A stretch of 64,000 nucleotides of DNA from Flavobacteriaceae bacterium (GCA_049115635.1 JAGDZT010000002.1:366568-430567); one strand, 5' to 3'. Shown: positions 1-10,367, numbered from the stretch's first letter. The notes: generated by a model from the sequence alone, not told the origin. Program-made: numbers and translations.

Positions 1-47
1 AACGGTAGAAAACGTAAAAAGTTTCTTAATAAGATTTTCAATTATTT

Positions 48-542
48 ATGATTACAATAATTGCTGCCATAGGAATGCGTAATGAGTTAGGAAAAGACAA
101 CGATCTTATCTGGCATCTACCAGCAGACTTAAAAAGATTTAAAAAAATAACCACAGGTAATTATATTATCATGGGTAGAAACACTTTTGAGTCTATAGGG
201 AAACCTTTGCCCAACAGGACTTCTGTTATTATTACAAGAAATATGACTTACAGGCAACCTGGTTGTTTGGTTGTACATAGTATAGAAGAAGCGCTAGAAG
301 TTTCAAAAAATCAACATGAAGTTTTTATTATCGGAGGTGCCGAAATTTATAGGCAGTGTATAGAAAAAGGACTTGCAGATAAATTAGACATCACTCAGGT
401 GCATCAAGAATTTGAAGCTGATGTGTATTTTCCAGAAATAAAAGAGGAATCATGGGAACTAATCTCCAAAGAAGATTTTAAAGCTGATGAAAAAAACAAA
501 CACGATTACAGCTTTTTATCATACAAAAAGAAAACTATCTAA
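48..542 (+). CDS. folA: Dihydrofolate reductase
   Basis: IIAA, LIWHLPADLKRFK, IMGRNTFES, GKPLPNR, IIGGAEIY and ADVYFP motifs. Confidence 0.97.
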   Translation: MITIIAAIGMRNELGKDNDLIWHLPADLKRFKKITTGNYIIMGRNTFESIGKPLPNRTSVIITRNMTYRQPGCLVVHSIEEALEVSKNQHEVFIIGGAEIYRQCIEKGLADKLDITQVHQEFEADVYFPEIKEESWELISKEDFKADEKNKHDYSFLSYKKKTI

Positions 543-972
543 CATTATCTCCTGAGTACCCGGGGACTAATCTCATTCTGTATTTCCGTTGTGCAAATTC
601 AAAATAATTAAATAACTTATAATTTACCTCATAGCCATAATCAATATTAGCGTCATAATAAATATGGTTTTGATATATACTCTCATTAAATCTAGGAGTG
701 TTTCTAGCCCTATAATTCCAAGCAATTACATAGTTTCTATTCTTTAACTCTAAATATGTTTGATTATGAAATCCAGGAGGCTTTGCAATAGAATTTAAAT
801 AAGCATTAAAGCCTATGTCCATAATTATAATTTCATATTCTAGGCTATCATTGGCAATGACAACAGGTTCTTCTTTTTTAGTGGGATTCTTTACTTTAGA
901 AGAACTACATGCCCAAACTAATAAAGCTAGGCAAAAAACGCTTGTTATTTTAAGTATAGTTCTCATAATCAA
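535..972 (-). CDS. DUF6146-like lipoprotein
   Basis: Lipobox LVWAC; YEIIIMDIGF and DYGYEVNYKLFNYF segments typical of this Bacteroidetes family. Confidence 0.75.
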   Translation of the reverse strand: MIMRTILKITSVFCLALLVWACSSSKVKNPTKKEEPVVIANDSLEYEIIIMDIGFNAYLNSIAKPPGFHNQTYLELKNRNYVIAWNYRARNTPRFNESIYQNHIYYDANIDYGYEVNYKLFNYFEFAQRKYRMRLVPGYSGDNVR

Positions 973-1079
973 ATAGTTTTATAATTATAAAGTTCTTAAA
1001 AAAAATATGAATATTACTATCAGAATAAAATTTTAACGTTTTGTTTGGAAGACTTATCTTTAAGACTTAAATAATAAAC

Positions 1080-2396
1080 ATGAAGATTTTCACTTTACTT
1101 TTCTTTTTTCTTTCCGTAAGTTTTGGCCATTCTCAAATTTTAAAAGAAAGAGAAAGAGCACTCTTAAAAGATGAACTTTTAGAAGATAGATTCAATAATT
1201 TATTGCCTAAATTAATGGATAAAACTGGTATAGATATGTGGTTGCTTATCTCTAGAGAATATAATGAGGACCCAGTGCTTAAAACTATGCTGCCAGCAAC
1301 ATGGTTAAACGCTAGAAGAAGAACTATTATCGTTTTTTATCGTAACAAAGAAAAAGATATTATAGAAAGATTAGCAATTGCAAGATATAATATAGGGAAG
1401 AGTATTAAATCTGCCTGGAATAAAGAGAAGCAACCCGATCAATGGAAAGCTCTCGAAGAAATTATAAAAACAAGAAATCCAAAAAAAATAGGAATTAATA
1501 CCTCTAGATTTTTTCCCTTAGCTGATGGTTTAGTTAAAACGGATTACGAAGAATTAAAGGAGAATATGTCGCCTGAGATTACTTCAAAATTTGTTTCTGC
1601 AGAGCAACTAGCCATAGCTTGGATTGAAACTAGAACTGAAAAAGAAATGAAACTTTTTCGTCAGTTAGTAAAAATCACACACGAGATTATAGATGAAGCG
1701 TTTTCTGACAAAGTAATACAACCTGGAAAGACAACAACAGATGACGTGGTATGGTGGATGAGACAAAAAGTAACGGACCTAGGGTTAGAAGCCTGGTTTC
1801 ATCCGACGATAGATATTCAAAGAACAAAAGAAGAACTAAAATCACATATTTACTCCTTTACCAAAAGAGAAAAAGAAAAAACAATTCAAAAAGGAGATTT
1901 GCTACATTGTGATTTTGGAATTACATATATTGGATTAAATACAGATTGTCAGCAGCATGCATATGTATTAAAAAAAGATGAAAAAAAAGTCCCTTCTTTT
2001 TTGCAAGAAGCATTTAAAAAGGGGAATAGATTACAAGATATACTTACCAAGAATATGAAAGCAGGTAAAACAGGAAATGAGATCTTGTTGAACTCGTTGT
2101 CCGAAGCAAAATCAGAAGGATTAAAACCAGCTATTTATACCCATCCTTTAGGGAAATATGGACATAGTGCAGGAACAACTATTGGTTTGTGGGACTCGCA
2201 AGAAGGGGTTCCAGTAAGAGGCGCGTATGCATTGCAAAAAAATACGACTTATGCCATTGAATTAAATGTTACAGTACAGATAAAAGAATGGCAAAAAAAC
2301 ATTAGAATTATGTTAGAAGAGGCAGGCTTTTTTGGGGATAACTTTTTCGAATATGTAAACGGGAGGCAAACAAAAATAAAACCTATAAAAATATAA
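1080..2396 (+). CDS. M24 family metallopeptidase (Xaa-Pro aminopeptidase-like), secreted
   Basis: Signal peptide; metal ligands in HCDFG..TD, GHSAG, IELN and LEE. Confidence 0.85.
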   Translation: MKIFTLLFFFLSVSFGHSQILKERERALLKDELLEDRFNNLLPKLMDKTGIDMWLLISREYNEDPVLKTMLPATWLNARRRTIIVFYRNKEKDIIERLAIARYNIGKSIKSAWNKEKQPDQWKALEEIIKTRNPKKIGINTSRFFPLADGLVKTDYEELKENMSPEITSKFVSAEQLAIAWIETRTEKEMKLFRQLVKITHEIIDEAFSDKVIQPGKTTTDDVVWWMRQKVTDLGLEAWFHPTIDIQRTKEELKSHIYSFTKREKEKTIQKGDLLHCDFGITYIGLNTDCQQHAYVLKKDEKKVPSFLQEAFKKGNRLQDILTKNMKAGKTGNEILLNSLSEAKSEGLKPAIYTHPLGKYGHSAGTTIGLWDSQEGVPVRGAYALQKNTTYAIELNVTVQIKEWQKNIRIMLEEAGFFGDNFFEYVNGRQTKIKPIKI

Positions 2397-2398
2397 TA

Positions 2399-2962
2399 AT
2401 GATTAAGAATAGATGCTTTTGGGTAAGCGATGATCCGCTATATATTGAATATCATGATAAAGAGTGGGGTGTTCCTGTTTACGATGATGCTACTCTTTTT
2501 GAGTTTTTAATTCTGGAAACTTTTCAAGCAGGTTTAAGTTGGATTACAGTACTTAAAAAAAGAGAAAATTTTAGAAAAGCTTTTGATAATTTTAATTATA
2601 AAAAAATAGCCAAATATCCTGAATCAAAATATGAATCGTTACTACAAGATTCAGGAATTATCAGAAATAAATTAAAGATTAGAGCTACCATTTCTAATGC
2701 GCAAGCTTTTATGAAAGTCCAAGAAGAGTTTGGTTCTTTTTCTAAATACATCTGGGGTTTTACAAACGGAAAGCCAATTACAAATACCTTTAAAAAAAAA
2801 GAAGAAGTTCCTGCAACAACACCATTGTCTGACATGATTTCTAAAGATCTTAAAAAAAGAGGTTTTAAGTTTGTTGGTTCTACTGTAATCTATGCACACA
2901 TGCAAGCTACTGGAATGGTAAACGATCATACTACAGATTGTTTTAGATATCAGGAGGTTTAA
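2399..2962 (+). CDS. tag: DNA-3-methyladenine glycosylase I
   Basis: RCFW, YHDKEWG, LETFQAGLSW, IIRNKLKI, GFKFVG and NDH..C motifs. Confidence 0.97.
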   Translation: MIKNRCFWVSDDPLYIEYHDKEWGVPVYDDATLFEFLILETFQAGLSWITVLKKRENFRKAFDNFNYKKIAKYPESKYESLLQDSGIIRNKLKIRATISNAQAFMKVQEEFGSFSKYIWGFTNGKPITNTFKKKEEVPATTPLSDMISKDLKKRGFKFVGSTVIYAHMQATGMVNDHTTDCFRYQEV

Positions 2963-3003
2963 AAATAAAATGTACTTTTATATAAAATAAAATCAACCAT
3001 AAA

Positions 3004-5028
3004 ATGAAAATTAAACAACTATTTGTTGCGCTGGTATTTAGTGGAATGCTTGTTTCTTGTAGCGCTGATAAAAAAGAAGGAAATGAGGTAAATGATGACA
3101 AACTAAATAACGTTGTAGAACAATTTGCAGATATTAGAGTGCTACGGTATCAAATCCCCGGATTTGATGAGCTTACGCTAAAAGAAAAAAAATTGGTCTA
3201 TTATATCACTCAAGCAGGACTTGCGGGCAGAGATATTATGTGGGATCAGAATTACCGACATAATCTAGAAATAAGGAATGCCCTAGAAAGTATCAATGCT
3301 AACTTTTCTGGAGATAAAGCCTCAGATGATTTTAAAGCTTTTAAAACCTATTTAAAAAGGGTATGGTTTTCTAATGGAATCCATCATCATTACTCTAACG
3401 ATAAAATCAAACCAGAATTTAATAAGTCATATTTTGAATCGCTTTTAAAAGATTCGAATACCGTCTTATCCGCAGAAGCGATTGATGTTATATTTAATGA
3501 TGCAGATAATAAGAAAGTAAATAAAAAAGAAGGAGTTGATAATGTTTTAGCTTCTGCTATTAATTTTTATGGACCAGATATTACAGATAAAGATGTAGCA
3601 ACATTTTATAAGACTGCCTATAAAGGACCAAAAGGAATGCCTGTAGAAGCTGGTTTGAACTCTAAATTAGTAAGAGAAAACGGAAAGTTAGTAGAGAAAG
3701 TATGGAAGTCTGGCGGAATGTACGGAAGTGCTATTGATCAAATTATCGGCTGGTTAGAAAAAGCAAAAGGTGTAGCAGAAAATGAAAAGCAAGAGAAAGC
3801 ATTAGGACTATTGATTGAGTATTATAGAACTGGAAGCTTAGACGTTTGGGATCAATATTGTATTGCTTGGGCTACTTCTACAGAAGGAAATATCGATTGG
3901 ATTAATGGTTTTATAGAAGTATATAACGATCCAAAAGGATATCGAGGTTCTTACGAAACTATTGTAGAAATTAAAGACTTTGATATGTCTCGAAAAATGG
4001 CTGCGTTATCTAAAAATGCACAATGGTTTGAAGATAATTCACCTTTACAAGAAGAGCATAAAAAGAAAAATGTAGTGGGGGTTTCATATAAAACAGTCAA
4101 TGTAGCTGGCGAAGCTGGAGATGCCTCTCCTAGTACACCTATTGGAGTAAATCTGCCTAACAATAATTGGATTCGTCAACAACATGGGTCTAAGTCCGTT
4201 TCCTTAGGAAATATTGTAGCAGCCTATAATAATGCTGGAGGTAGCGGAAGATTAAAAGAGTTTGCACATGACCAAGAAGAGATAGATTTAGAAATGCAAT
4301 ATGGGCAAGTAGCGGATAAATTGCATACAGCACTGCATGAAGTTGTTGGGCACGCTTCAGGATTAATTAATGAAGGAGTTGGTCAACCAAAAGAAACTTT
4401 ACAAAACTATGCTTCTACCATGGAAGAAGGTAGAGCAGATTTAGTAGGGTTATATTATTTAATGGACCCAAAAATGCAAGAACTTGGACTCACAGATGAT
4501 TGGAAAAAACTTGGAATGGCTGCTTATGATGGATACATTAGAAATGGATTAATGACTCAGTTAATCAGAATTAATTTAGGTGATGATATTGAAGAAGATC
4601 ATATGGTAAATCGTCAATGGGTTTCGGCTTGGGCATTTGAACAAGGTAAGAAAGATAACGTAATTGAAAAGGTTACTAGAGATGGAAAAACATACTTTAA
4701 AATTAATGACTATGATAAATTGCGTGTCATTTTTGGTCGTTTGCTAAGAGAAGCACAGCGCATTAAATCTGAAGGAGATTTTGAAGCTGCTAAAGCTTTA
4801 GTAGAAGGTTATGGTGTAAAAGTAGATCAACAAATTCATAAAGAAGTATTGGCTCGTAACAAACAGTTTACAGCTGCTCCGTATAGTGGTTTTGTAAATC
4901 CGGTATTAAAACCTGTTATGGATGCAGATGGTAACATTACAGATATTACCATAAATCATGTTAAAGATTTTGAAGAGCAAATGTTAAGCTATGCTAAAAA
5001 TTATAGCTTTTTAAAAGCGAAAAAATAA
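3004..5028 (+). CDS. Dipeptidyl peptidase III (M49), lipoprotein
   Basis: HEVVGH hexapeptide, EEGRAD, GVNLPN; lipobox LVSC. Confidence 0.93.
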   Translation: MKIKQLFVALVFSGMLVSCSADKKEGNEVNDDKLNNVVEQFADIRVLRYQIPGFDELTLKEKKLVYYITQAGLAGRDIMWDQNYRHNLEIRNALESINANFSGDKASDDFKAFKTYLKRVWFSNGIHHHYSNDKIKPEFNKSYFESLLKDSNTVLSAEAIDVIFNDADNKKVNKKEGVDNVLASAINFYGPDITDKDVATFYKTAYKGPKGMPVEAGLNSKLVRENGKLVEKVWKSGGMYGSAIDQIIGWLEKAKGVAENEKQEKALGLLIEYYRTGSLDVWDQYCIAWATSTEGNIDWINGFIEVYNDPKGYRGSYETIVEIKDFDMSRKMAALSKNAQWFEDNSPLQEEHKKKNVVGVSYKTVNVAGEAGDASPSTPIGVNLPNNNWIRQQHGSKSVSLGNIVAAYNNAGGSGRLKEFAHDQEEIDLEMQYGQVADKLHTALHEVVGHASGLINEGVGQPKETLQNYASTMEEGRADLVGLYYLMDPKMQELGLTDDWKKLGMAAYDGYIRNGLMTQLIRINLGDDIEEDHMVNRQWVSAWAFEQGKKDNVIEKVTRDGKTYFKINDYDKLRVIFGRLLREAQRIKSEGDFEAAKALVEGYGVKVDQQIHKEVLARNKQFTAAPYSGFVNPVLKPVMDADGNITDITINHVKDFEEQMLSYAKNYSFLKAKK

Positions 5029-5045
5029 ACTTAATTACACATCGA

Positions 5046-5080
5046 TACAAAACCGATTCTTTTTTAGAATCGGTTTTGTA
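5046..5080 (+). terminator. Intrinsic terminator after DPP III
   Basis: tacaaaaccgattct-ttttt-agaatcggttttgta inverted repeat followed by T run. Confidence 0.85.
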
Positions 5081-5103
5081 TTTTTATACGAGAAAATTAA
5101 TTC

Positions 5104-6021
5104 ATGGCAAAGAAAGTTAAAGACCCAGGATTTGGATATAGTTCTTTTAAAAATGCAAAAAGCATTATTAATAACGATGGAACTTCTAATGTTGTACATC
5201 TGAATAGAAAGAAGAGTCTAGACGATTTATACACCTATTTTACAGAAATTTCGTGGATTCGTTTTTTTGCATTGGTGATTAGTTTATACACTCTATTAAA
5301 TATCTTTTTTGCCTTTATTTATGTGGCTATAGGTATTGAGCAAATTACCCCATCAAAAGGAACTTTCTGGGAAGATGTACTTAATGGGTTTTTCTTTAGT
5401 GCTCAGACGCTAACAACAGTAGGTTATGGTGGAATTGCACCTCAAGGACTTTTAGCAAATATTATTGCCGCTTTTGAAGCGATGATTGGATTGTTAGGTT
5501 TTTCTTTTATTACAGGACTTTTATATGGACGTTTTTCTAAACCAAGAGCAGCCATAAAGTTTAGCGAAAAATTTATAGTTAGAGATTTTAAAGATCAAAA
5601 AGCATTGATGTTCAGACTGATGAACAGTAGAAAAACAGTCATGATAGAACCAGAAATTACGGTTATGTTATCAATTACAGATAAAGAAGCGTCTGGTGAT
5701 TTTAAACGTAATTTTTATCAATTAAAACTTGAACGAAATAAAATTATGTATTTACCAACTATATGGACTGTAGTGCACCCAATAGTAGAAGAAAGTCCCT
5801 TATACAAGTATCTAAACACAGATCTTGAAAAATTGGATGCAGAATTATATATTTTGCTCAACTATCATGAAGAATCCTTTGCTCAGAAAGTTTACAATAT
5901 TCATTCCTATAAGTTTGATAAATTGGTTAAGGATGTTCAATTTGAGCCTTCTTTTACTTTTGATGAAGAAGGAAATACAGTATTAGATCATGATAAATTA
6001 AACAATGTAAATCCGATGTAA
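5104..6021 (+). CDS. Inward-rectifier (KirBac-like) potassium channel
   Basis: Two TM helices around TLTTVGYG filter; RFSKP, FSEK and LMFRLMN cytoplasmic Kir domain. Confidence 0.9.
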   Translation: MAKKVKDPGFGYSSFKNAKSIINNDGTSNVVHLNRKKSLDDLYTYFTEISWIRFFALVISLYTLLNIFFAFIYVAIGIEQITPSKGTFWEDVLNGFFFSAQTLTTVGYGGIAPQGLLANIIAAFEAMIGLLGFSFITGLLYGRFSKPRAAIKFSEKFIVRDFKDQKALMFRLMNSRKTVMIEPEITVMLSITDKEASGDFKRNFYQLKLERNKIMYLPTIWTVVHPIVEESPLYKYLNTDLEKLDAELYILLNYHEESFAQKVYNIHSYKFDKLVKDVQFEPSFTFDEEGNTVLDHDKLNNVNPM

Positions 6022-6022
6022 A

Positions 6023-6214
6023 TCAGTTGCTTGTAAAGTAGCGTAATATCACAAAAATAGCAATGATTAATGTTCCGTATAGGGCAACTTTTATTCCTGC
6101 ATTCTTATAAAAACGTTGATGATTTTTTGCATCTTTTCTATAACTGAAGATCATCAAGGCTATAAAAGCTACAACAAAGAAAATCATAAAAATTATTCTA
6201 CCAGTGGTGAACAT
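6023..6214 (-). CDS. Small two-TM hypothetical membrane protein
   Basis: Two hydrophobic stretches; ATG at 6214 (MFTTGRII) preferred over 6232. Confidence 0.7.
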   Translation of the reverse strand: MFTTGRIIFMIFFVVAFIALMIFSYRKDAKNHQRFYKNAGIKVALYGTLIIAIFVILRYFTSN

Positions 6215-6245
6215 AATTTGTATTTTTAGCAAAATTACAAATTAA

Positions 6246-6968
6246 ATGCAAACAGCCCTTGTTTTTGGAGCAACTTCTGGGATTGGAAAATCATTAACAG
6301 AGAAATTGATTGATGATGGCTATAAAGTAGCAATAACCGGTAGGAGATTAGAGAAGCTTCAAGAGTTAAAGAAAGTATATCCAGAACAAATAATTGTCAA
6401 GCAAAACGACATTCAGCAACTAGAAGAAGTAGAGAAGGTTTTTAATGAAATCGTAACTGAATTCGGACACATAGATTTGGTTATTCAATCTTCTGGAGTG
6501 GGGTTTATCAATCCAACATTAGCATGGGATAAAGAATCCCAAACGATACAAACCAATATAGCAGGAGTTACCAAGTTATATACGCTAGCCTATACTCTCT
6601 TTAAAGCACAAGGTTTTGGACATCTTGTAGGGATTACCTCGATTGCTTCCCTCAGAGGAAGTAGAGCGGCACCAGTATATTTTGCCTCCAAAGCGTATCA
6701 GAAATCTTATTTAGAAGGCTTGTATATCAAAACAAAAACAATAAAAACCAAGCAAGTATTTATTACGGATATTAGACCAGGATTTGTAGATACGGCAATG
6801 GCTTTGGGAGACGATATTTTTTGGATGGTTTCTCTAGAAAAAGCGACCAAACAAATCTACAGAGCCATTAAAAAGAAAAAAAGAGTTGCCTATATTTCTA
6901 AACGCTGGGCATTAATTGCTTTTGTGTTAAAAATAGTGCCAGCTTGGCTTCTTAAAAAAGCAACCTAA
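6246..6968 (+). CDS. SDR family oxidoreductase
   Basis: GATSGIG Rossmann motif, YFASK catalytic motif, IRPGFVDT. Confidence 0.95.
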   Translation: MQTALVFGATSGIGKSLTEKLIDDGYKVAITGRRLEKLQELKKVYPEQIIVKQNDIQQLEEVEKVFNEIVTEFGHIDLVIQSSGVGFINPTLAWDKESQTIQTNIAGVTKLYTLAYTLFKAQGFGHLVGITSIASLRGSRAAPVYFASKAYQKSYLEGLYIKTKTIKTKQVFITDIRPGFVDTAMALGDDIFWMVSLEKATKQIYRAIKKKKRVAYISKRWALIAFVLKIVPAWLLKKAT

Positions 6969-6970
6969 AC

Positions 6971-7654
6971 ATGATGCAAAAAAAGAACTTGATTGTTTTT
7001 GATATCGATGATACGCTTACTAAAAGTGAAGATCAGCATCAAACAGCTTATGTAAATACTATGTTGCACTTTGGAATTACAGATATTGATATGAATTGGA
7101 AAGACTATACCCATCATACAGATAGCTATATCTTAAAAGAAAATTATGAGCGTAACAAAAACAATGCTTTTGATTTTACTTTTATACCAAGTTTTGAAAA
7201 TAAAATGACCCAGTCTATATTATCATTACCTGAAACTAAAGAAATTCCAGGCGCAAAAGAAATCGTTAAGTTTTTTACCAATGAAACAGATTATGGAGTT
7301 TGTTTTGCAACAGGATCTTTATTAAAACCTGCTTTTGTAAAATTACAACAAGCAGAGATTCCATTTTTACCAGAATTAGTGGTCGCCTCTAATACAATGT
7401 ATGAAAGAGAGAAAATTGTAAAAAATGCAATAGATAAAGCTAAATATTTTTATAAAGTAGATACATTTGAAAACATCATTTCAATAGGAGATGGAATATG
7501 GGATTTAAAAACAGCAAGAAACTTAGGCCTTCATTTTTTAGGAATAAGAGAAAAGAATTTAGTAGATTTTCAACAAGAAAACATAAAGAGTCATATCAAT
7601 GATTGGATGGCATTTGACTTTCATAAAATAAAAAAACAATTAGAAATTATATAA
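6971..7654 (+). CDS. HAD family hydrolase
   Basis: FDIDDTL motif I, ATG motif II, IGDGIWD motif IV. Confidence 0.92.
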   Translation: MMQKKNLIVFDIDDTLTKSEDQHQTAYVNTMLHFGITDIDMNWKDYTHHTDSYILKENYERNKNNAFDFTFIPSFENKMTQSILSLPETKEIPGAKEIVKFFTNETDYGVCFATGSLLKPAFVKLQQAEIPFLPELVVASNTMYEREKIVKNAIDKAKYFYKVDTFENIISIGDGIWDLKTARNLGLHFLGIREKNLVDFQQENIKSHINDWMAFDFHKIKKQLEII

Positions 7655-7663
7655 CATAGAAGA

Positions 7664-8050
7664 ATGAAAAAAAGAATCGCAGCAGTACACGAATTTCATA
7701 CCGCTTTTAAATTAGGAATTAAAGAGACACCCACAGCAAATATTGGAGCAGATAGAAATATGCTTCGTTTTAATTTGATGAAAGAAGAGAATGAAGAGTA
7801 TTTAGAGGCTGCAGAGAATAACGATTTGGTTGAGGTTGCGGATGCTTTAGGTGATATGCTATACATTTTATGTGGCACCATTATAGAACACGGAATGCAA
7901 GACAAAATAGAGGAAGTTTTCAATGAGATTCAACGGAGTAATATGAGTAAGTTGGGTGAAGATGGAAAGCCTATTTATCGCGAAGATGGAAAAGTACTAA
8001 AAGGACCTAACTATTTTAAACCGAATATTAAAGCAATTCTAGAGAGTTAA
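7664..8050 (+). CDS. Nucleoside triphosphate pyrophosphohydrolase (MazG-like/PRA-PH)
   Basis: EENEEYLEA, EVADALGD, SNMSKL, DGKVLKGPNY. Confidence 0.9.
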   Translation: MKKRIAAVHEFHTAFKLGIKETPTANIGADRNMLRFNLMKEENEEYLEAAENNDLVEVADALGDMLYILCGTIIEHGMQDKIEEVFNEIQRSNMSKLGEDGKPIYREDGKVLKGPNYFKPNIKAILES

Positions 8051-8102
8051 TATGTTATTTAGCAAAGAGTTCGAATTTTTTTCTAAAAAAAACATATAAT
8101 TG

Positions 8103-8120
8103 CCTGCCTTGTAGGCTAGG
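8103..8120. repeat. Degenerate REP-like palindrome
   Basis: cctgcct-tgt-aggc(t)agg; same CCTGCC..GGCAGG type as 18421-18435. Confidence 0.45.
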
Positions 8121-8302
8121 TAAATACAATGATGTTACTGTATTATAAATAATTATTTATGTAAATCATAAAATTATTAAATAATAATATATGATAAAAA
8201 TTACAGAGCTTTGTCATGCAAATCGATATAAAGGTTGGTTCTGATTATTATGCCAACATTTAAAAAATATTGCTAAGAGATTGATAATATAATTGCTATA
8301 AG

Positions 8303-8340
8303 AAAGGCTTTTCCGCGTTAAAACGGATTAGCCTTTTTTT
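8303..8340. terminator. Probable terminator between convergent genes
   Basis: aaaggct..ccg / cgg..agccttt imperfect stem flanked by A and T runs. Confidence 0.5.
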
Positions 8341-9275
8341 TATAACTTGTAGTTTGTGCCTTGTTTTGCAAACCGAAACCCTTCTTTTTCTAAAGTAGCT
8401 TTCTCTTTTGCATTGGGTTGCAATGTAGGATTGGTGTGGTTAAAGTGAATAAAAATAACCTTGTTTTTTGTCTCGGTAGAAGCATTTTTAAATAAAGCAG
8501 CTGTCTCTTCGATAAAAGGATGTGGAATTTCAGACATCGGTCTATTTATCTCACCATCTTTAAAGAAGGTTGCATCTAAAAAAGCATAATCTACTTTTTC
8601 AACTTCAGCTACTATATCTTTTTGCCAAGTACTCCATTTATTAATATCCGGAATAAACAAAGCTGTTTTGTGTTTTCCCTCTATGCGATATCCTACAGTC
8701 TCAGAAAACTCATCACGATGTGGTACTAAAAAAGGAGTCACTTTTAAAGAAGTATTTAAAACAATAGTGCTATCATGCTGTAAGTCTGAAAAGAGAATAT
8801 TCTCTAAAGCTACTAACTGACTCCAGGGACCATTATTTTGTAAGTAGCTTTTCATTTTTGGCATCGCATATACTTTAGTTCCTTTTTTGCCTAAAGCTTC
8901 TCTGCCAAAATACATGAGACCAGTATAATGCCCAATATGTGCATGAGTTAAAAATACACCATCAATTAGTGTTTCTTTCTTCACATGCTTTTCTAAATCG
9001 GCAAGTTGAGTAGAAATATCTGGCGTAGCTTCAAACAGCCATTTTTGTTGAGCAGTCTTATCAACCAAACCTAAAGAAACGACACGTTGTTTTTTATGTG
9101 TTCCATTATAAAAATTTGCACAACATTTTTTTTGACAACCAATTTGAGGGTAACCAGCATCTTGTGTGATTCCTAAAATAGTAAGGTATTGCTCAGAAGT
9201 TTTAGTCGGTGATTTTTCGGGAGTTGTAGAGCAACTCCATATGATGATTAAGAAAAATAGACAACACTTTTTCAA
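8340..9275 (-). CDS. PqqB-like MBL-fold metallohydrolase, lipoprotein
   Basis: ILG..QDAGYPQ, FEATPDI, THAHIGHYTG, VPHRDE, PHP and IHFNHTN; lipobox WSC. Confidence 0.85.
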   Translation of the reverse strand: MKKCCLFFLIIIWSCSTTPEKSPTKTSEQYLTILGITQDAGYPQIGCQKKCCANFYNGTHKKQRVVSLGLVDKTAQQKWLFEATPDISTQLADLEKHVKKETLIDGVFLTHAHIGHYTGLMYFGREALGKKGTKVYAMPKMKSYLQNNGPWSQLVALENILFSDLQHDSTIVLNTSLKVTPFLVPHRDEFSETVGYRIEGKHKTALFIPDINKWSTWQKDIVAEVEKVDYAFLDATFFKDGEINRPMSEIPHPFIEETAALFKNASTETKNKVIFIHFNHTNPTLQPNAKEKATLEKEGFRFAKQGTNYKL

Positions 9276-9278
9276 TAG

Positions 9279-10337
9279 TTAAGCTTTATAACACCATCCA
9301 TGAATGTCTTCTGCACCCGTATTATACTGTATGTCCATTAACCTTTCTTTAAAGAAACTTGCGTAAGAATTTTCTAATTTAGGCAGTTCAAAAGTTTCTC
9401 CTCCATGACCAAATCCAGCAATTGGGTTGATAACAGCAGCAGTCCCTGATCCAAAAATTTCTTTTAAACTCCCATCCTTGGCAGCTTCTTTAATTTCAGA
9501 AACACGTACTCTACGAATCTCAACTTCCATATTATTGTCTTCAGCTAATTGAATGACACTTTTTCTTGTAATACCATCTAAAATTCGGTCGTTACTAGGA
9601 GCAGTAATTAGTGTGTCATTTATTCTAAAGAAGATGTTCATCGTACCAGCTTCTTCTAGATATTCATGTGTACTAGCATCTGTCCAAATAATCTGTTGGA
9701 AACCTTCCTTTTGAGCGAGGCCTGTTGGATAGAATTGTGCGCCATAATTTCCAGCAGCTTTAGCAAATCCAACACCTCCATCAGCAGAACGACTATACTT
9801 TTCAGAAAATAGTACTCGCACTTCTCCTTCATAATAAGATTGTGCTGGAGAGCAAATAATCATAAACTTGTATCTGTTGGCAGGAGAAGCCGAAATAGCA
9901 CCTTCTGTAGCTATTGCAAAAGGTCTTATATATAAAGAATTTCCATGCCCTTTTTTAATCCAATCCTTTTCTAAATGTAATAAGGTTTTTAATCCATCAA
10001 AAAAGTACTCTTCAGGAAACTCAGGAATCGCTAATCTTTTAGAAGAAATATTAATTCTTAAAAAGTTCTCATGAGGTCTAAACAATAGAATATTATCGTC
10101 CATGTCTTTATACGCTTTCATTCCTTCGAAAACGGCCTGACCATAATGAAAAACTCGTGCCGAAGGATCTAACAGTAAAGGACCATAAGGTTTAATAACA
10201 GGTTCTTGCCATTTTCCATCTGCATACTCACATTCGAACATATAATCTGTGAAAATTTTACCAAAAGGTAAATGATTAAAATCTACGGAATCTATTTTAG
10301 AGGTTTTCACTTTTTCTACTCGAATATCTGTATGCAT
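9279..10337 (-). CDS. ilvE: Branched-chain amino acid aminotransferase
   Basis: FHYGQAVFEGMKAY, LYIRPF, AKAAGNY (PLP Lys), EEAGTMN, ILDGITR, GSGTAA. Confidence 0.97.
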   Translation of the reverse strand: MHTDIRVEKVKTSKIDSVDFNHLPFGKIFTDYMFECEYADGKWQEPVIKPYGPLLLDPSARVFHYGQAVFEGMKAYKDMDDNILLFRPHENFLRINISSKRLAIPEFPEEYFFDGLKTLLHLEKDWIKKGHGNSLYIRPFAIATEGAISASPANRYKFMIICSPAQSYYEGEVRVLFSEKYSRSADGGVGFAKAAGNYGAQFYPTGLAQKEGFQQIIWTDASTHEYLEEAGTMNIFFRINDTLITAPSNDRILDGITRKSVIQLAEDNNMEVEIRRVRVSEIKEAAKDGSLKEIFGSGTAAVINPIAGFGHGGETFELPKLENSYASFFKERLMDIQYNTGAEDIHGWCYKA

Positions 10338-10359
10338 AATAACCCTGTTTTTTGTTTTG

Positions 10360-10367
10360 CAAAGCTA
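10360..10367 (-). promoter_or_regulatory. Bacteroidetes sigma70 -7 box for ilvE
   Basis: TAGCTTTG on the minus strand fits TAnnTTTG, 23 nt before the start. Confidence 0.6.

Noticed and set aside
8051-8300. Hidden small gene in the AT-rich spacer
   Set aside because: Only ORFs of about 20 codons, with no supporting features
8340-9275. PQQ biosynthesis gene pqqB
   Set aside because: No other pqq genes nearby and it carries a lipoprotein signal; symbol withheld
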